Positions 62,260 through 64,000 of a stretch of DNA of 64,000 nt are shown piece by piece. Below the pieces are notes generated by a model, which saw only the letters and a program-made list of their open reading frames with translations, was not told where the DNA came from and ran no database searches. Positions within the stretch are counted from its first letter, which is position 1, and every line of letters begins with the position of its first letter. The stretch covers positions 128,001-192,000 of the forward strand of contig CAWIYV010000014.1 in the NCBI GenBank assembly GCA_963840455.1, read 5' to 3'. This stretch comes from Nitrospirota bacterium (GTDB lineage Bacteria; Nitrospirota; UBA9217). The position numbers were made by a program, and so were the translations under genes.

Positions 62260-63849
62260 ATGAAAATCAGGTCGTTACGCCATGCAGTCGCCCAGATGGT
62301 GATGCCCCGAATCGAGGGAACGCTCCTTTCCGACTCGTCATACCGGGGAGACATGGCAAAGCTCGCGGAAGAGGGCATCGGCGGCTTCATCCTCTTCGGC
62401 GGCGACATCGAGAGCGCGCCGCGCCATCTCGCGGAGCTCCAGTCGCGCGCCGAACTGCCGCTCCTGATCTCCTCTGACGTGGAACGGGGGCTGGGGCAGC
62501 AACTGGATGGAGGAACGCGCTTCCCGAGCCAGCGCGCCGTGGCCTCGGCGATCAAGCGCGGATCGAGCAAGGACACTGCACTTCTCCACGCTATGCTTGA
62601 TGCGGTGCGGACAGAGACCCGCGCGGCCGGCATCCACGTGGTATTCTCGCCCGTCATGGACGTGAACAACAATCCCGACAACCCCATTATCTGTACACGA
62701 TCCTTCGGCGAAGACCCGGAGACGGTGGAGTGGTTCGGCAGGCAGTACATCCGGGGGCTGCAGCAACGCCGACCCGACGGGAAACATGATCTCCTGGCAT
62801 GTGCCAAGCATTTCCCCGGCCATGGCGACACGGACCAGGATTCCCACTCGGTCCTTCCGGTCATCCGGGCGGACAGATCTCGATTGAACCGGGTCGAGCT
62901 GCCGCCGTTCCGCGAGGCGGTCAAGGACGGTGTCGGGATGGTCATGATCGCCCATCTGCTGGTGCCCGCACTGGACCCGGTGAAGCCCGTGACCTTCTCC
63001 AAGAAGGTCGTGACCGCGCTGCTGCGCGAGGGGATGGAGTTCGGAGGGATCATCATCTCCGACGCTCTGGACATGGGGGCGCTCGCCAGGGAGTATCCCC
63101 AGGACGAGATCGCCATCCGGGCAGTCGAGGCGGGCATGGACATCCTGCTCCATCCGATCGATGCCAGGACCACCATCGACGCCGTGGTCAAGGCCGTGGA
63201 GACGGGACGTCTCACCGAACAGCGCATCCGGGAGTCCGTCGACCGCATCATGGCCGCGAAGAAAGAGCTCGGGCTGTTCGACACCCCCCTTCATCCCCCC
63301 TTGCAAAGAGGGGAAATAAAGGGGGGTCGCGCCACGAAGGTCGATTACGAAGCGCACCGCGCGCTCGCGCAAGAGCTCGGCCGGAAGGCGCTCACCGTGG
63401 TCACCGGCGACAGGAAAATACTCCCTCTCGACACCGGGAAAGGCGTTGTATGCTTTGTCCTGGACGATGACAACCAGGGCATGGGCGGCCCGTTCACGCA
63501 GGAACTGATAAAGCGGTTCGGAACCGTAACGAGCACCACGCTGACACCCGGCGTTTCCTTCGCCGATCTCTCATCCCATCCCGATCTCAGCGGCGCCGGT
63601 GCCGTTGTCATCGTGATATTCTCGCGCATAGCGGCATCGAAGGGCCGTTCTGGCATCTCACCGGCACTGCGTGACGCTGCCTTCGAGGTCCTCCGCCGTG
63701 CAAAGGCAGCGGGAAAGCGCTCCGCCGTCATATCCTTCGATAGCCCCTACATCCTCGGCCAGTTCAAGGATGCCGATGTCCTGATCGCCGGGTACGACCG
63801 CATGGACGCTATCCAGGAAGCGGCAGTGGGGATGCTGGGAAGCAAATAA
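62260..63849 (+). CDS. nagZ: GH3 beta-N-acetylglucosaminidase
   Basis: D.E.G, PVMDVN, RSFG, KHFPGHGDTDQDSH, ISDALDM. Confidence 0.92.
   Translation: MKIRSLRHAVAQMVMPRIEGTLLSDSSYRGDMAKLAEEGIGGFILFGGDIESAPRHLAELQSRAELPLLISSDVERGLGQQLDGGTRFPSQRAVASAIKRGSSKDTALLHAMLDAVRTETRAAGIHVVFSPVMDVNNNPDNPIICTRSFGEDPETVEWFGRQYIRGLQQRRPDGKHDLLACAKHFPGHGDTDQDSHSVLPVIRADRSRLNRVELPPFREAVKDGVGMVMIAHLLVPALDPVKPVTFSKKVVTALLREGMEFGGIIISDALDMGALAREYPQDEIAIRAVEAGMDILLHPIDARTTIDAVVKAVETGRLTEQRIRESVDRIMAAKKELGLFDTPLHPPLQRGEIKGGRATKVDYEAHRALAQELGRKALTVVTGDRKILPLDTGKGVVCFVLDDDNQGMGGPFTQELIKRFGTVTSTTLTPGVSFADLSSHPDLSGAGAVVIVIFSRIAASKGRSGISPALRDAAFEVLRRAKAAGKRSAVISFDSPYILGQFKDADVLIAGYDRMDAIQEAAVGMLGSK
63283..63327. repeat. 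Palindromic element inserted in frame in the GH3 interdomain linker
   Basis: ACCCCCCTTCATCCCCCCTTGCAAAGAGGGGAAATAAAGGGGGGT, translated as TPLHPPLQRGEIKGG. Confidence 0.78.
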
Positions 63850-63864
63850 CGTCACGACTTTTCA

Positions 63865-64000
63865 CCGCAGAGGGCGCAGAGGCAGCAGAGATTTCACGTC
63901 CTTGCGGAAAGAGGAATGTAGTCTTACAAAGTTTCCATAGAATAATTTCCCGTCTTTGCATCTTCTCAAGCTTTGTGATTCAACTCAGCGTTCTCTGCGG
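63865..64000. repeat. Family A-like IR element after nagZ (reaches the window edge)
   Basis: CCGCAGAGGGCGCAGAGGCAGCAGAG ... CTCAGCGTTCTCTGCGG. Confidence 0.8.

Overview
GC-rich bacterial chromosome segment; gene order such as recA-pilT-recX-alaS suggests a Nitrospirota or deltaproteobacterial organism (inference). It is mostly core genome: pgpA-cinA-thpR-recA-pilT/U-recX-alaS, a phasin-UbiB pair, mltG, nfi, oppBC, seven tRNAs, tig-clpP-clpX-engB, several c-di-GMP genes, transketolase, a fused-CD nuo operon, an FKBP, a flavodoxin-like gene, fabZ-like, plsC-like and GH3/nagZ. There are three small low-GC patches: a Big_2 lipoprotein region under a c-di-GMP-I riboswitch, a lipoprotein with an antitoxin relic, and one orphan gene. 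The strongest unexplained signal is a family of imperfect inverted repeats (IRs) built from ~9-bp subunits. They occupy nearly every nuo intergenic spacer, and one IR pair brackets a GxxExxY gene between nuoF and nuoG, resembling an autonomous element with empty derivatives. Other notable items: the nuo operon lacks nuoL and nuoM and has a frameshifted nuoG; a structured ~90-bp unit plus a duplicated tRNA 3' end follows two different tRNA-Arg genes; there is a PHPT1/Janus-like protein; a STAS-kinase/STAS-wHTH pair has a perfect operator upstream of the recA cluster; an orphan GroES has a histone-H1-like tail; and a tiny Arg-rich protein may bind c-di-GMP. All family assignments come from motif recognition by eye; no database searches were run.
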